Source of the DNA: Azolla caroliniana
Lineage: Eukaryota > Plantae > Polypodiophyta
Length of the DNA: 64,000 nt
Assembly: GCA_043228905.1 (NCBI GenBank)
Contig: JBHGNT010000011.1
Location: forward strand, 248,001-312,000
Direction: 5' to 3'
Both the position numbers and the translations under genes were made by a program. The notes under the pieces are model-generated. The model was not told where the DNA came from. It saw only the letters and a list, made by a program, of their open reading frames with translations, and ran no database searches. The stretch's first letter is position 1, and the number at the start of each line of letters is the position of its first letter. This document shows, piece after piece, positions 1 through 10,873 of this stretch.

Positions 1-2882
1 GAGCTCCAATCAATGCTATTGGTCGAAGAAAACCACGTGCGTACAAGGAGCAATGAGTTGGAAGGCCACATGCTCTACACGCACTCGAATGGAGGAAGAG
101 GACGTGGATGAGCGAGAGGTTGATTCGGCCAAGGACAAGGCAGACGAGGTCCGACCTACGACAACAACTCCCAATTTCAGCCGCAAAACGGAAGCCAACG
201 AGTAACCTTTGCAAGAAGGGGGAGCTTCCACTCTGGCCCGGGCCATCAAAACGCAACCGAATGCGGATATTGCGGAAAGCTCGGCCACCACAAAGAAGAG
301 TGCCGAAAGAAGATGCGCGAATTGGCTTCCACAAGCCGACAACTCACAAATTACGCGCACAATTCCGACTACGAAGAGTATAGTGGAATGTACGGGCACA
401 ACCCTGACTACGAATATCGTGGCAGAATGTATGCACACAACTCTGACCGTGGCGGAATGCTCATGATGAAACATAGAGCAAACTCTATGTCGGCCTCTAC
501 CTCAACTAGTGCCCTCAATTCGGAAGACGTATGGTTTGTTGACTGCAGAGCCTCAAACCATATGACATCTCATAAATAATGGTTTCTTGAACTTCGAGAT
601 CCGGAGCAACCCGATTATGTTGAAACCAGAGATGACACTACGCACCCGATTCGGCACATCGACAATGTTCCATTCGGCGAAAGAGGTAAGCAAACATACA
701 TTAAAAATGTCTTGCATGTTCCCACCATCACGAAGAATTTGGTCTCGGTCGGCCAAATGGTTGAGCAAGGGATGCAAGTACGATTCGACCAAGAAGGGTG
801 CTTCATCGAAAAAGAGGGCTGAATCATCGCGCGCGGAAGAAGAGAGGGTTGGATGTTCATTCTCGATTCACACGAGATGAAATCCGCCATGTTCGCAAAA
901 AGCACGAAAGCTGAATCCGACATAGAGCTATGGCACAAGCGAATCGGCCATATCAATCTCAACAAACTCAAAGCAATGAAATCGAAAGGAGTCGTCATCG
1001 GACTCCCGACATTCAAAGAGAAGGAGATTGAAGGTGTATGCGAAGCGTGCCAATTCGGCAAGCAACACTGACACCCATTCCCGAAAGAGCGGAACGTGAG
1101 CAAAGGTTTACTCGATGTAGTCCATTCTGACGTATGGGGACCGACGCAGACGGCTACATTCGGCGGATGCTAATATTACGTGCTCTTCATCGATGACTTT
1201 TCTAGGCACATGTGGCTCTATCCGATGCGGCAAAAGAGCGAAGTGTTTGGACACTTCCAAAGGTTTAAAAACGAAGTCGAAAAAGCCGCTAGTCGTCATG
1301 TACGATGCCTTCGATCGGATGGCAACAAGGAGTACTTCTCGGACGATTTCACGGCATATCTCCGAAAGGAAGGAATTCGGAGAGAATTCACTTGCCGACA
1401 CACTCGGCAACAAAACGGAGTAGCTAAGCGCAAAAATCGGCACATCCTTGAAGTAGCGTGGGCCATGATGAACAAGAAGCATATGCCCAAGTCATATTGG
1501 GCCGAAGCTATAAATACGGTCGTCTACCTAATGAACCAGTGCACAACATCCGGAGTGCACGAGGTCACTCCGCACGAAAAATACTTCGGAAAGAAGCCGG
1601 ATTTATCGCACACTCGGATATTCGGCGCGATAGCGTACGTGCACATCCCCGATGAGAAGCGTCAAAAGCTTGACCCGAAGTCGAAGAAATGTATCCTCAT
1701 AGGATACTCATTGGAGCAAAAGGGGTACAAGTGCTACAACCCCTCAACTCGAAAATCTCGAGTAAGTCGAGACGTCGTTTTTGACAAGTCTGCATCCTGG
1801 TACGCACTAGAGACAACCTCGACTCCGACTTCGCTCGACCCGGAATCCGCCGAACAAGAGATAGAGGATGAAGATCGCCTTATGCGCATGTTCGAAGAAA
1901 GTCCGATCACGACCCGACTGAGTGGACCACAAGAGCCTTTGAGCGATCAAAGCACATCATGGGCTAGCTCGAAGATGGACAAAGGCAAGGCGAAAATGTC
2001 GGAATACGAAGACGATCGCTTCGACGACGATGAGTCGACTCACTCACTCGACAGTGAGTTTGGCGGCTTCGATGTACCAATCGGAGCTAAGAAAGCCCTC
2101 ATCTCTGCAAATGAAAAGCTCCGTCGATCAACCCGTGAAAAGAATCCGGTCAGCCGATTCGGCTACAACGACCACATGGCATATCACTATGCCTTTATGA
2201 TGAAGGTGGCGACAGTCCGCGAGCTGGAAACATTTTCCGAAGCAGCCAAGGATCCACGATGGATCGAAGCCATGAACGAGGAGATGCAGGCACTATGCAA
2301 GAACGAGACATGGGATCTCGTTCCCACCTCACCACACAAAAAGGCAATCGGATGCAGATGGATTTACAAAGTGAAGTACAATGCCAACGGTTCCGTCAAC
2401 CGCTACAAAGCACGACTCATAGCGAAAGGCTACGCACAAACGCACGGAGTTGACTATGAAGAGACCTTTGCCCCGGTGGCAAAGATGATGACGATACGGA
2501 CCGTAATTGTGCTTGTTGCGGCGAAAGGGTGGCACCTCCATCAAATGGACATCAAGAACGCCTTTCTCCAAGGCGAATTAGAAGAGGAGGTGTACATGAT
2601 ACAACCACCCGGCTTCAACTCGAGCACCCATCTGAAAGGTATATGCCGACTCAAGAAGCCACTCTACGGCCTCAAGCAAGCACCGCGTGCTTGGCATTCG
2701 AAGATAACGCAATATCTTCATCAAATCGGCTTCCGTGTGTCAAAATCGGACAACGCCCTCTACATACGAAGCAAATCCGCAAGTCCGATCGTCATCATCT
2801 TATACGTGGATGACCTAGTCATTGGAGGTGAGCATCTCGTCGAAATAAATAAGGTCAAATCCCTCCTTTCCGACAAGTTCGA
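1..2882 (+). mobile_element. Degenerate Ty1/copia internal region (end of gag, protease, integrase, most of RT); 5' end outside the window, 3' end broken by a rearrangement
   Basis: Protease-like WFVDCRASNHMT; integrase LWHKRIGH..CEACQFGKQH and FIDDFSR..QQNGVAKRKNR; RT HQMDIKNAFLQG and LYVDDLVI. Domain order PR-INT-RT, with several in-frame stops. Confidence 0.95.
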
Positions 2883-3692
2883 GATTTGCTCAAAGCTTTC
2901 TTCAAGCTTGCAATCTTTTTCACATCCTATCCAACAACCAACATCTCATCTACATACAACAAAAGAATAAGAAAGTCACCTTCATCATACCTTTTCACAA
3001 ATACACAATGATAAGCTTGTGTTTTGTGGAATCCATGTTCCAACATGAAGAACTCAAATTTCTTATACCATTGTCGTGGGGCTTGCTTTAGCCCATACAA
3101 GCTTTTCCTCAACCTACATACGAGGTTCTCTTTTCCTTTTTCCTCAAAGCCCTCCGGTTGTTGCATATAGATTTCCTCTTCCAAAACCAACGTGTAAGAA
3201 GGTTGTTTTAATATCCAACTATTCAATCTCCAGATTCATATTGGCGGCCATACTCAAAATACAAAGTGGTGACATAATGGTGACTCTTGACCGTTGGAGT
3301 GTCTATTCACTCTCAAGGTGAGTTCACACACTAGACGAGATGAATCTGGAAATTGAACAGTTGGATATTAAAACAACCTTCTTGCACGTTGAGTTGGAAG
3401 AGGAAATCTATATGCAACAACCGGAGGGCTTTGAGGAAAAAGGAAAAGAGAACCTCGTATGTAGGTTGAGGAAAAGCTTGTATGGGCTAAAGCAAGCCCC
3501 ACAACAATGGTATAAGAAATTTGAGTCCTTCATGTTGGAACATGGATTCCACAAAACACAAGCTTATCATTGTGTATTTGTGAAAAGGTATGATGAAGGT
3601 GACTTATTCTTTTGTTGTATGTAGATGATATGTTGGTTGTTGGACAAGATGTTAAAAAGATTGCAAGCTTGAAGAAAGCTTTGAGCAAATCT
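2882..3692. repeat. Inverted repeat (fold-back) of copia RT sequence; arms ~2882-3239 and ~3340-3692, ~100-bp spacer
   Basis: ORFs 2927-3226(-) and 3340-3624(+) encode the same peptide (EEEIYMQQPEGFEEKGKENLVCRLRKSLYGLKQAP). The arms are reverse complements with about a dozen differences by eye. Confidence 0.95.
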
Positions 3693-4029
3693 TTTGCCAT
3701 GAAAGACTTAGGACCGGCAAACCCTACAGGAGTGAAGGGGGAGTTTGTTATGTAAAATTGTCCCTCCTTACGGGGGAGTTGGACGGGGCACGACTAAACA
3801 ACCGAACCGTGCCGAACTGTCAAAACGAGACACAACACGGTTGAAAAGTTGAACCATGCCGAACAACCGAAACGTGCCGAACAGCCGAAGGGAGAACTCA
3901 AATGAATATTCATACACATATATATGTGAATGTGGGCTAGTATATATCTAGGCTGAAAGGTATTCGCTGCCTATGTATGTGAGATAAATAACCCAAAGTA
4001 AAAATAGTGAGGGCAGCTATATACATACA

Positions 4030-4065
<36 letters not shown>

Positions 4066-4516
4066 TAGTGAACTAAAGTAAAAGATATCATTAGTGAGTG
4101 CGTAAGAATGTAAAACGTGTTGCGAGAGCGTGACACAGAAAATAATATATAGCAAGCTATCACAGTAGTGGCTATGATAGCGACATAACTTGAAAGCTGA
4201 GTGTGAGAGGAAGAACGTAGAGTGCAACATAAAGGAAGAGTGACAAAAACAAAGAAGGTTTGGAAGTTTCAAAAGGGATAGATACCTACAAGTTAGGGTT
4301 TGGTGCGGTCGGCTGAAATCATGGTTTCAGAGTACAGTCAGACCAGATCAGGTTCTATCACTTTGTGATTGTATTTTGTCTTACCTCATAGTGGAAATTT
4401 CTGTTCCCGTGGTGTTTCCTTGAAATCAGGGTTTTCCACGTAAATCGTGTGCTACTCATTTTTATTTGTGTGTGTCTAAGTTCACTTGTAAATTCCTTCT
4501 GAGTGAAATCATATCA
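3340..4516 (+). mobile_element. Copia 3' remnant: RT piece, internal deletion, PPT (GAGTGAAGGGGGAG, ~3730-3743) and 3' LTR 3746-4516
   Basis: The PPT is followed by TGTTA and the LTR ends ATATCA. The LTR resembles the split LTR at 56496-63077 (shared TGTTATGTAAA start and GAAATCAGGGTTTTCCACGTAAATCGTGT block). Confidence 0.8.
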
Positions 4517-4889
4517 GAATTTGGAAAATGTGAGTAAGAGAGCGCATCAAACGTACAAGCTTTGCAAGGAAGGGGATAGTTTGGAATTTTGAGGTAGAAA
4601 AAAGGAAGTTGTTATGCATTCTCAAGCAAGCCATGTGGACGATTGTTTGATGGTTCAAGTGGCCCAATTGATAGTGCTACAATAGGGTGTCATAGTTGGA
4701 TGGATGTGTCTAAATTGTCTGCAAGATGGGCAATAAAGGAACTTTAATGTTTGTCCTCATCTAATCAATTTTGGTTGGTCCCTAATTTGATAATATTGTA
4801 GGATGCTTTTATAATTAGCTACCAAAAAGCGAAAGCTACATCTAATATTAATCTTTCAGCTGCAATGCAAAAGGGACGTGCACGCCGAC

Positions 4890-7275
4890 AGTTAGAAGGA
4901 TTGATTGGATAATATGATCTTTTTATTAGAATATAAGTTAAATAATAATATTAATAATAAATATAATAACTGCCTTCCCGGTGACATTCACCAAGAAAGG
5001 CTTTAACCACCTTATATACCTATAAATAGGTCTCTAGACCTATAGTTGTAACAGGGCGTTTTAATATAATAAATCATTTACAGTTTCCCTCTCTCTCTCT
5101 CTCTCTCTCCCTCTCTTGTGTCTTTCTTTTCTTCTCAACATGGTATCAGAGCGTTAGGCTCTCTCCAAACACCTTCTTCTTGTCTTTCCTCCTCCTTCAT
5201 AGCCTGTGCTCCTGCCATTAGTTTATCCGGACAACTATGGCACAACACATGGCACACCTATTTCTACAGCTAATCCATCTACCCTATCACTCGGTTCGTT
5301 TATATCGACACCTAGCCCAGGTTCTTCAACAACGCAAGACGCTACTCCGCTCTTCCCAACCACTACGAGAAGTTACAACCTCGACAAACTCACAGGCCCC
5401 AACTACCTTACATGGGACACACGGATGACACTGATGCTCAAACGAGCAAACTTGTGGAACTTGGTAAGTGGCACAACCCAACCCACCGAAACCAATAACA
5501 CCGAGTGGACGGAAAAAGATCTCCAAGCCCAAGCGGAACTCATGTTCCACCTTGGAGACCCACAAGTGCAAATGGTTCGATGTTGCAACACCTCGGCGGA
5601 AATTTGGAAGGTACTCCGAAGCACTTATCATCATGAAGATTTGATCACCCAAGTCGCATCGCTCAAAAAGCTCCTCATTTCCTCCGTCACGGAAAACCAA
5701 GAAATCACCAAATTTCTTGATGAATGGCGCATCTTACTCGACAATGCCCTCCTCTCGGAACTGCAATTGGATTCAAATCTCCAAGCAATGTTACTACTAA
5801 CGGCATTGCCCTCCTCTTGGCGTCCGTTTATAACCACTCAAGCATCAATGACAAGCCTCACCGTCGAATCTCTTATGGCGCGCATCCGCCAAGAAGAGAT
5901 CATGCAAAATGGCGCTCATCACTCAAATGCAACATTTTCGACACCCTCGACACGATATGTGCAACGACAACCTAACTTTAAAAGGGGACCGCCCTTTCGA
6001 AGGAACAACAACAACACGCGACCTGCCAACATTTGAACAAAAGTTTGTACATATTGTGGACACCATGGACATCTTGAACATGAGTGCCGCACCAAGCGTC
6101 GTGAACAGCTGGACCAGCCACAACAACAGTGTCAACAACCACATGGACAAAGTCCTAGAGCACACCTCCAACAACTAAATGTGCCTGAAGTTGGCCAATA
6201 TGGTATGGAAACATTACAACTATTTACATCATTACTAAATAGTTCCAATTGTCTTTCCCACACCACAGATATATCTGAATGGCTACTCGACACTGGTGCA
6301 ACTCACCACATGACGCCACAAAAGCATTGGCTCCGTGACTACAAACACCTTTCAAGTACCATGCACGTTTACCTCGGGAACAACCAATTCCTCACAGCCA
6401 GCGGTGTCGAGAATCTTCACGACACCCTACCAAGTGGAGCAAACGTCAACATCTACAATGTGTATCACATCCCAGGCCTTAGCCGGAATATACTTTCGGT
6501 TACAACGGCTACCTCAACTGGATCTTCCATTGAGTTCTTCCATGACTCATGTATTATTCACTTCAAGCTCCCTAATGGACAATTTGAAATTATAAAACTA
6601 CCTCAAAAGGACCGTTTGTATTCGTTAGCTATATCTATGTCGAATCCTCACTTTGTAATTGGTCACACCTCCATCCATTCTCTTCACATGGCTAAAGCCG
6701 TGTCCACCCTTATGTGGCATTATAGGTTCGGTCACATAAATAGTGTCACACTACATCGCATGGTGAAAGATAAGCTTTGTGTCGGGTTACCATCCTATCT
6801 AAACCCAATAGAATTGTGTGAAGGTTGCATTTTAGGAAAATCTAGCCGCAAAAGTCACCAAACATCACCCAACAAATCCACACAATTGAACCAACTAGTA
6901 CATAGTGACCTTTGTGGACCCATGGAAACGAGCTCACTCACGGGCTCCCATTATTTTCTCACTTTCATTGATGATTTTAGCAGGTATACAACAATATACT
7001 TCCTAAAGAAAAAGTTTGAAGTACTCACATACTTCAAAGAGTATTGCAACCTCGTGGTCCATCAACATGAGCTTCCAATTCAAGCACTTCACTTCGACAA
7101 TGGCGGAGAATATGGCTCAAATGCATTTGAGGCATTTTGTAAAGATGAGGGCATCCAACAACAATTCACGGTTCCATACACACCTCAACAAAATGGTGTG
7201 TCCGAACGGAAGAATCGAACCCTTGTTGGTGCAGCTAGAGCCATGCTGCTTACGGCAGTACTACTAAAAAACTAT
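4890..7275 (+). mobile_element. 3'-truncated Ty1/copia element: LTR end, tRNA-Met PBS (5141-5152), gag, protease, partial integrase
   Basis: CTCAACA-TGGTATCAGAGC junction; gag LTGPNYLTWDTRMTLML..; protease WLLDTGATHHMT; integrase WHYRFGH..CEGC and QQNGVSERKNRTL. It stops ~80 bp before the next gene. The left LTR boundary is approximate. Confidence 0.9.
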
Positions 7276-8608
7276 AATAGCTAGCTAGCTATAATAAAGT
7301 TCAATCAAACAAAGTTCAATCCACTAAAGAAGAAGAAGAAGAAGAAGGCAGGCATGGATGCCAGAAAATCTGCATCATCATCATCACTAGCAGCAGCAGC
7401 ATCGCCGTTGCCATTGCCAATGCCATCATCGGATACGAGGGAATTCGATGCGGTGATATTGGGCGCCTCGGGTTTCACGGGGAAGTACGTGCTATGGGAG
7501 TTCCTACAATGCATCATGCACCACAAGGAGAAGGAGCCCAACCGGGACTTCAAGCTGGCGGTGGCTGGTCGCAACGTGGCGAAGCTGGAGGCTACCCTCC
7601 GCTGGGCCTCCTCCACCTCCGCTTCCGTAGTAGTGCAGCAGCACGTGAGCGTGGTGGAAGCGGACGCGACGGACGTGCCGTCGCTCCGCCGGCTCGGCCG
7701 CTCCACACGGGTGCTGCTCAACTGCGTTGGGCCCTGCAACCAGTACGGCGAGGCCATCGTGGCGGCCTGCGTGGCCACGGGCGCCCACTACGTGGACATA
7801 TCGGGGGAGGCAGAGTTCATGGAGCGCATGGAGGCCAAGTACCACGATGCTGCCGTCGCCGCTCAGGTTCTAGTGGTGTCGGCCTGCGCCAGCGTCTCCA
7901 TTGTCTCCGATATCGGCCTCTTGCACCACCTCCGCTGCTGGCCCCACCAGTCCACGGGCGCCGTGCCGCCTTCCTCCATCTTCTCGTACGTCCGCATCCA
8001 CTCATTCGCCTCCAATCACGTTGTCGCGAAGATTCGCGCGTGCGTGTGCTACTCGAGCGACCACCGGGGTCTTGGACTGGGGAGGACGTTCGCGGAATTA
8101 TCGACGCTAGATGACGATCAATGTAAGATTAAATGAAAATGGTTTACTTGAGAAGAAGAAAAATTGTACACTTGAGAAGTAGAAAAATACGAAGAAGATA
8201 AAGACAAATATTATATTGATGATAATGGTGTTGGTGATATCACATATTGAGCCCCCATTACACAAGCCCAACTAGAGGCTTTTATAGGTCTTTCCATGCT
8301 CGTGACATGCACAAAACCATGGGCTAAAACCATGGTTTTGTGCACACGGTTTTGCTTATGTCATGCACAAACCATGGGTTTAAAACCATGGTTTTGTGCA
8401 CATGGTTTTCTATGGTTGTTTCGTCTATAATTTGTATATGAAAAGGAAATACATATAATCTATACTATATGATAGTTGTCCTAGTGGTAAGGCAATTATC
8501 TTGTATGTTAGAGGTGCAAGGATTGACCCCTCTGTATGAACTCAAGTGCCACTAGGCCTTAGGAGGCTTATTTGCTAAGTGTATGTGCACATCCTTGGTT
8601 TATTCATC

Positions 8609-10834
8609 TCACTCGGTTTCACACCGTAGCCGAAAATCGTCACGACATCCACCCCCACCAAACCCGCACATCCTCCGGTATGTGCCGAGAAAGGTGAAGA
8701 GGTGAGATCTTTGGCAACGGTGATCAACCGAGTTCCTCTGCACGCTCGTCGACTTCGTCTTCCACTTCGAGTATGCGCAATCTTTCCAACCGAACCACCG
8801 TAGCCACCCGATCCACCATATCCGGCGCTCACACCTTCTTCCCCGATCGGTTGTAGTAGATCTACCGAACGATGTCGTCGATACGACCGCTCTTCCTTCG
8901 TCCACCGCGCGTGTCCTTCGATTGGACTCCTGGCCACTCCTCACGCTCACCATCTTCAACTGGGTATTGTAGATCGTTCGTATCGATCTCCGATTAGGCC
9001 GGGTTTGCCCTTGTCCGGATCGGTCTCCACCGATCGCTTCTTGGCTTGGTTGGCCTTCGTCTGCATTCACATTTCCCCGAGTCGGGCTCGACCGATTGAT
9101 TCTGGCTGGGTCGGCCTCCTTTTGGATCGGAATCGTCTGATCGATTTTCGCCGAATCAGGTTTCGACCGGGTCGGCCCCGGTCGATCGGCTCCCATGTGG
9201 ATCTTCCTTCGTTCGGGTCGGAATCCCGGCCGGATCGTCTTCCGGTTCAACCGGTTCTCGACTCTTCCTTCCTTCCCGCATGCAACCTCTCCATCGAACT
9301 CAACCGCAGCTTCATCCTTGGCCTCCACGTCGGCCATATCCTTCCCTCCATGTATGCTCGCCGTGAGCCATATTGTCTCCTCTTCGCCACCTCCTTTATC
9401 TTCGGTCTTATGCCGACACACGGTCTCGACTGCCGAAGTCTCCGGAACCAGTGTGAAGGAATCCCTTCGCTCATGCACATTTACCTTGTCTTCTTCATCG
9501 ACCTTTCGGTCGTCCTCTTTTTTGTCCACACATTCCGTCTCTCCGGTCTCACGTTGGCGCACGTGCACAACCGCCGAAGTCTCTAGATTAGGTGTGGGGA
9601 TATCCTTTCTTCCTCGATCTTCTTCCTCCTTGTGTTGGGCCTTCGTCTTCCCGTCGCCATCTTCCGTCTCTCCGGTCTCACGTTGGCACATGAGTGCAAC
9701 CGCCGAAGTCTCTGGAACAATCGTGGAGAAAGTCTTGACATGGCTATCCGTTGTCGACTCGTCCATAGCCACCTCCGACTCGATGTCGTTTGTCATGGCT
9801 ACCTCCTCAATCTCTTCATACTCAAACACTTTTTCTCCCTCGATCATGCAAGCTTTTCTCATGCTTGCGCCGTCATCACCCGATGTTTCGTACACAATGC
9901 GTGTTCCGAAACATTTATCTTCCCTCGAAGTGGCATTCGCCGTCCTCGAGTCATCGGCCTCCTCCTTCGCCGTCGTTTCTTTGTAAGACAAGAAGGTGAC
10001 TTGTTTCACACCTTCTCTCTCGGTACCGTCATACCGAACTAGAGCCTTTGTATCGGCCACTTCATTAACCCGCATTTGTTGGGAGGTCTCTTTTCCCTCG
10101 ATCACCATTCGCCTCGGTTTTGTCTCCCTTTTAAGCTTCATTTCTTTTGTTGGTGGCGCGTTGTTGCATCTCGTCCCTCTTCGATCGTCCCTCATGGGCC
10201 GTCTTGTTGTCGCCGATATTCTCGCTTGCCCCTTATCGTGTAGTCGGCATACACTTTCCACTTTGCTCCAATCCTCGATGAGGCCATTTGCACCATCATC
10301 TTCTTCGAGTTTGAGGCCGATTGCCATCCTTTCCATTCGATCGATTGACTTCACGAACATAAGGACCTTATTGACCCCCACCAATCTTTGTTCCCGCTCC
10401 GACAATTGAGAAAAATGATGCTCGAAGTCTACGAATGCTTGTGTCGCACCTTGGTGGGTCTTCGCTGATGTCACCCATTGGTCGAAGTTGCGTCGATCTC
10501 GTCCCTTCAGTCTCTCATAGCCATATTCCTCCAATAGAGCCTTCTCGAAAGTCGCCCACGAATCATGAGCTTCTAGAAGCTCTTCTACATCTTTGAAGAT
10601 CGGTTGAGACACCACCCGACAAAAGTACTCTAGCCTCATAGCTTTGTCCACACCTCTTGAATCCATCTCCGCATTGTAGACTTTTAGGAAACTTTGGACT
10701 TCGGCACCGTTGAAATAGCTCATTCGTTCGACTACCTTGTCGACGGCTTGTTGGGCTTCATTTCTTCTTTTCCCTTCTATCAGAAACTCCATCATCCTTT
10801 TTGACATTGCCTCCATGAGATATTCGACATCCAT
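8609..10834 (-). CDS. 741-aa ORF of the LTR element: Gag capsid-like N-terminus, then a long acidic region and an Arg-rich low-complexity region
   Basis: Uninterrupted ORF starting just after the PBS. N-terminal FNGAEVQSFLKVY..SWATFEKALLEEY resembles retrotransposon Gag (inference). No protease, RT or integrase motifs seen. The stop lies inside the 3' LTR. Confidence 0.75.
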   Translation of the reverse strand: MDVEYLMEAMSKRMMEFLIEGKRRNEAQQAVDKVVERMSYFNGAEVQSFLKVYNAEMDSRGVDKAMRLEYFCRVVSQPIFKDVEELLEAHDSWATFEKALLEEYGYERLKGRDRRNFDQWVTSAKTHQGATQAFVDFEHHFSQLSEREQRLVGVNKVLMFVKSIDRMERMAIGLKLEEDDGANGLIEDWSKVESVCRLHDKGQARISATTRRPMRDDRRGTRCNNAPPTKEMKLKRETKPRRMVIEGKETSQQMRVNEVADTKALVRYDGTEREGVKQVTFLSYKETTAKEEADDSRTANATSREDKCFGTRIVYETSGDDGASMRKACMIEGEKVFEYEEIEEVAMTNDIESEVAMDESTTDSHVKTFSTIVPETSAVALMCQRETGETEDGDGKTKAQHKEEEDRGRKDIPTPNLETSAVVHVRQRETGETECVDKKEDDRKVDEEDKVNVHERRDSFTLVPETSAVETVCRHKTEDKGGGEEETIWLTASIHGGKDMADVEAKDEAAVEFDGEVACGKEGRVENRLNRKTIRPGFRPERRKIHMGADRPGPTRSKPDSAKIDQTIPIQKEADPARINRSSPTRGNVNADEGQPSQEAIGGDRSGQGQTRPNRRSIRTIYNTQLKMVSVRSGQESNRRTRAVDEGRAVVSTTSFGRSTTTDRGRRCERRIWWIGWLRWFGWKDCAYSKWKTKSTSVQRNSVDHRCQRSHLFTFLGTYRRMCGFGGGGCRDDFRLRCETE

Positions 10835-10855
10835 CTTCGTCCTCCCCTGTTGCTC

Positions 10856-10873
10856 TTCACGTCGGGTTCACCA
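10856..10873 (-). promoter_or_regulatory. Primer binding site complementary to the 3' end of tRNA-Trp
   Basis: Plus-strand TTCACGTCGGGTTCACCA matches the 3' 18 nt of plant cytosolic tRNA-Trp plus CCA (recalled sequence). It lies 5 nt from the 5' LTR. Confidence 0.85.

Noticed and set aside
9005-10409. Long plus-strand ORFs inside the Trp-primed element
   Set aside because: Antisense shadows of the 741-aa ORF with no recognisable motifs.
10856-10873. tRNA-Trp gene
   Set aside because: Only the 3' 18 nt including CCA match, next to an LTR; this is a primer binding site.
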